From assembly GCA_004524535.1 (NCBI GenBank), contig SDNY01000071.1, forward strand, positions 1 through 18,562: a stretch of DNA of 18,562 bases, written 5' to 3'. Below the pieces are notes generated by a model, which was not told where the DNA came from, did no database searches, and saw nothing but the letters and a program-made list of their open reading frames with translations. The stretch comes from Promethearchaeota archaeon (GTDB lineage: Archaea; Asgardarchaeota; Lokiarchaeia; Sigyniarchaeales; SOKP01). This document shows, piece by piece, positions 16,805-18,562 of the stretch. Every line of letters starts with the position of its first letter. Position 1 is the stretch's first letter. The position numbers and the translations under genes are program-made.

Positions 16805-18238
16805 TCATTTATCCTCAACATTAATGCCTAATTCTTTTAATTTATCCCGGATATTATCACTTAGGTCATATATTTTTCGGGTTCTCAACTCGGCTCTAAC
16901 ATCATAAATGATTTTCAATAAATTCTGAATAGTAGCTCCCTTTTCATCAAGTGATACCTCATCCCCTAGTGCTAATTGGCTTTTTAGATTCGGAAATAAA
17001 CCAAATATCTTATTCATATTATCTACAAAATTAAAGAATTTATCCTTGAAATCTTTATTAATAGGTAGTTTATTTTCCAATACTTCTCTGTTTATAACTC
17101 TAAATAATCTTAAGAATTCAGCGAGAGCGATGGGAGTATTAAAATCATCATCCATAGCTTTGATAATTGATTTTTCTGCCTTTTCGATTTCTAAAATCAA
17201 CTCTTTAATATTTTTAGAAGAAATATCTTGTATAGTTAGCTCATGGATATTTCTAATAGTACTTAAAAGCCTATTGTAGTTTTTTTGAGCTTGATTCATA
17301 TTGTCTAACGAGTAATTGATAGAACTTCGATAATGGCTTGAAAAAAGAAATAGTCTTATTACCATTGGGTCGTAATTTTTTATAACCTCCGAAACTAAAA
17401 AGAAATTTCCGAGACTTTTTGACATTTTTTCATCATCTATATTAACAAAGCCATTGTGCATAAAATAATTTGCAAATTTCTTACCTGTATATCCTTCTGA
17501 TTGAGCTATTTCGTTTCGATGATGTGGAAATTTTAAATCTTGACCCCCTCCATGGATATCAAGAGTTTCACCTAAAATATTAACTGACATGGAGGAACAC
17601 TCAATATGCCATCCAGGGCGACCTTTACCCCAGGGACTTTCCCAATAAGGTTCTCCTTCTTTGTGTTTTTTCCATAACGCAAAGTCTCGGTGATCTTCTT
17701 TATCATCTCCATAGGCAATATCTTGATCTTCAATATCCTCATTGTCATCGTGTAGCTCTCCTGCTTTTACATTCTGAAATATCGAATCATATTTTGGAAA
17801 AGTTTTAACAGAATAATATACAGAACCATTTCTTTCATACGCATGCTCATTTTTAATTAATCCTTGAATTACTTCAATCATAAAATCGATGGTTTCCGTA
17901 GCTCGTGGATTCATATAATCCTTTTCGACGTTTAAAGCATTCATGATATCCTCGTATTCTTTTATATATTGCTCGCTTAATGTATTAAAATCTATGTTCC
18001 TTTCATTTGCTCTTTTTATTATTTTATCATCAATATCAGTATAATTCTTTACTAATTTTACATTATAGCCTTTAAACTTTAAATAACGATGGACAAGATC
18101 AAAAGCAACGGCAGATTTAGCATGCCCCAAATGAGGACTATCATACACCGTGGGACCACAGACATACATTAGAACTTCATTTGGTTTGATTGTTTTGAAT
18201 TCCTCTTTCTGGAATGTCAAGCTATTATAAACCATCAA
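16805..18238 (-). CDS. cysS: Cysteine--tRNA ligase
   Basis: YVCGPTVY, HLGH (HIGH), NYTDIDDKII, DFALWK, WGKGRPGWHIECS, DIHGGG.DL.FPHH.NE.AQS, KMSKSLGN, MDDDFNT, SDNIRD.L. SD GGTGAT at 18253-18248. Confidence 0.97.
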   Translation of the reverse strand: MMVYNSLTFQKEEFKTIKPNEVLMYVCGPTVYDSPHLGHAKSAVAFDLVHRYLKFKGYNVKLVKNYTDIDDKIIKRANERNIDFNTLSEQYIKEYEDIMNALNVEKDYMNPRATETIDFMIEVIQGLIKNEHAYERNGSVYYSVKTFPKYDSIFQNVKAGELHDDNEDIEDQDIAYGDDKEDHRDFALWKKHKEGEPYWESPWGKGRPGWHIECSSMSVNILGETLDIHGGGQDLKFPHHRNEIAQSEGYTGKKFANYFMHNGFVNIDDEKMSKSLGNFFLVSEVIKNYDPMVIRLFLFSSHYRSSINYSLDNMNQAQKNYNRLLSTIRNIHELTIQDISSKNIKELILEIEKAEKSIIKAMDDDFNTPIALAEFLRLFRVINREVLENKLPINKDFKDKFFNFVDNMNKIFGLFPNLKSQLALGDEVSLDEKGATIQNLLKIIYDVRAELRTRKIYDLSDNIRDKLKELGINVEDK

Positions 18239-18290
18239 AATATTGAGATCACCAAAAAATCAAGTTTAAACATCTTAATTATTAATAAAA

Positions 18291-18402
18291 TGGAGCCAGC
18301 GGTGGGATTTGCACCCACGCTGCTTGCGCAACGGCTCTGCAGGCCGCCTCCTTACTACTCGGTTGCGTAAACTTATATTAACTATAAGTTTTATACGCTG
18401 GC
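18291..18402 (-). tRNA. tRNA-Cys(GCA), intron-containing, CCA encoded; predicted mature length 82 nt
   Basis: Spliced sequence: GCCAGCG TA TCCG AGTAGTA AGGA G GCGGC CTGCAGA GCCGT TGCGCAAGCAGC GTGGG TGCAAAT CCCAC CGCTGGC T CCA. It has a 7-bp acceptor stem, anticodon GCA, G37 and U73 (Cys identity elements). Exons are 18402-18393 and 18362-18291. Confidence 0.9.
18363..18392 (-). other. 30-nt tRNA intron at position 10/11 with relaxed bulge-helix-bulge motif
   Basis: Minus strand: GCGT-AT^A-AAACTTATA-GTTAA-TATAAGTTT-ACGC-AA^C. This gives a 4-bp central helix (GCGT/ACGC), two 3-nt bulges and a perfect 9-bp intron hairpin. Cutting after the 2nd bulge base restores the D stem (U10-A25, C11-G24, C12-G23). 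Confidence 0.8.
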
Positions 18403-18408
18403 GCTGGC
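18396..18408 (-). repeat. Tandem duplication GCCAGC-GCCAGCG: the tRNA leader repeats the acceptor-stem 5' strand
   Basis: GCCAGCG occurs at 18408-18402 and again at 18402-18396, in otherwise very AT-rich flanking DNA. Confidence 0.85.
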
Positions 18409-18562
18409 AATATTTATATTTCGTTAATTTTGTGTTCTTCTTTATCATATCAAAAATCCTTTATCACTTATATATTTAGTTCTAGTAAATGCTTAGAATA
18501 TTACAAACTAATTTAATATATTATTATATGAAAGCGTATGAAGCTAATATTTTAAAAAAAAA

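Noticed and set aside
16700-16807. UGA read-through of cysS to supply the missing C-terminal strand
   Set aside because: The extension (LKFGQFYFSII...) does not convincingly match the G-T-x-W end and lies wholly antisense to sfsA coding sequence.
17046-17279. Plus-strand ORF of 77 aa
   Set aside because: Antisense shadow within cysS.
18291-18408. tRNA as tRNA-Sec/selC*-type, or the GCCAGC duplication as an integration att site
   Set aside because: The anticodon is GCA, the discriminator is U, and the acceptor/T stems are the canonical 7/5 rather than 9/4 or 8/4. The duplication is tandem at the 5' end with no intervening element or integrase in the window.

Overview
AT-rich archaeal window, most consistent with an Asgard archaeon of the Lokiarchaeia/Promethearchaeota type. 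This is an inference from the PAC2 chaperone, AfpA flavoprotein, a Zn-ribbon/Roadblock-like protein, GGTGA-type SD sites and a BHB tRNA intron. It has about 18 protein genes and one tRNA. A cysteine/sulfur theme runs through it: cysteine synthase (with a Cys-rich tail), iscU, iscS, cysS and tRNA-Cys. These are interleaved with metal/redox genes: CopA with two YHS domains and an extra Cys/His tail, an AfpA flavoprotein, two ferredoxins, a Prx-like protein and a convergent pair of Cys-rich Lrp/AsnC regulators. The most unusual element is the tRNA-Cys(GCA) gene just upstream of cysS. It has a 30-nt BHB-type intron at non-canonical position 10/11, whose central helix consumes the acceptor-stem 5' strand. 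Its 5' leader exactly duplicates that strand and could act as a stand-in. It also has a class-II-like variable arm and swapped D/T-loop bases (A18/G55). Also notable: a possible internal start releasing the CopA C-terminal domain, a beta-CASP nuclease with an unrecognised duplicated N-terminal domain, and a frameshifted sfsA. No mobile element or CRISPR array was seen.
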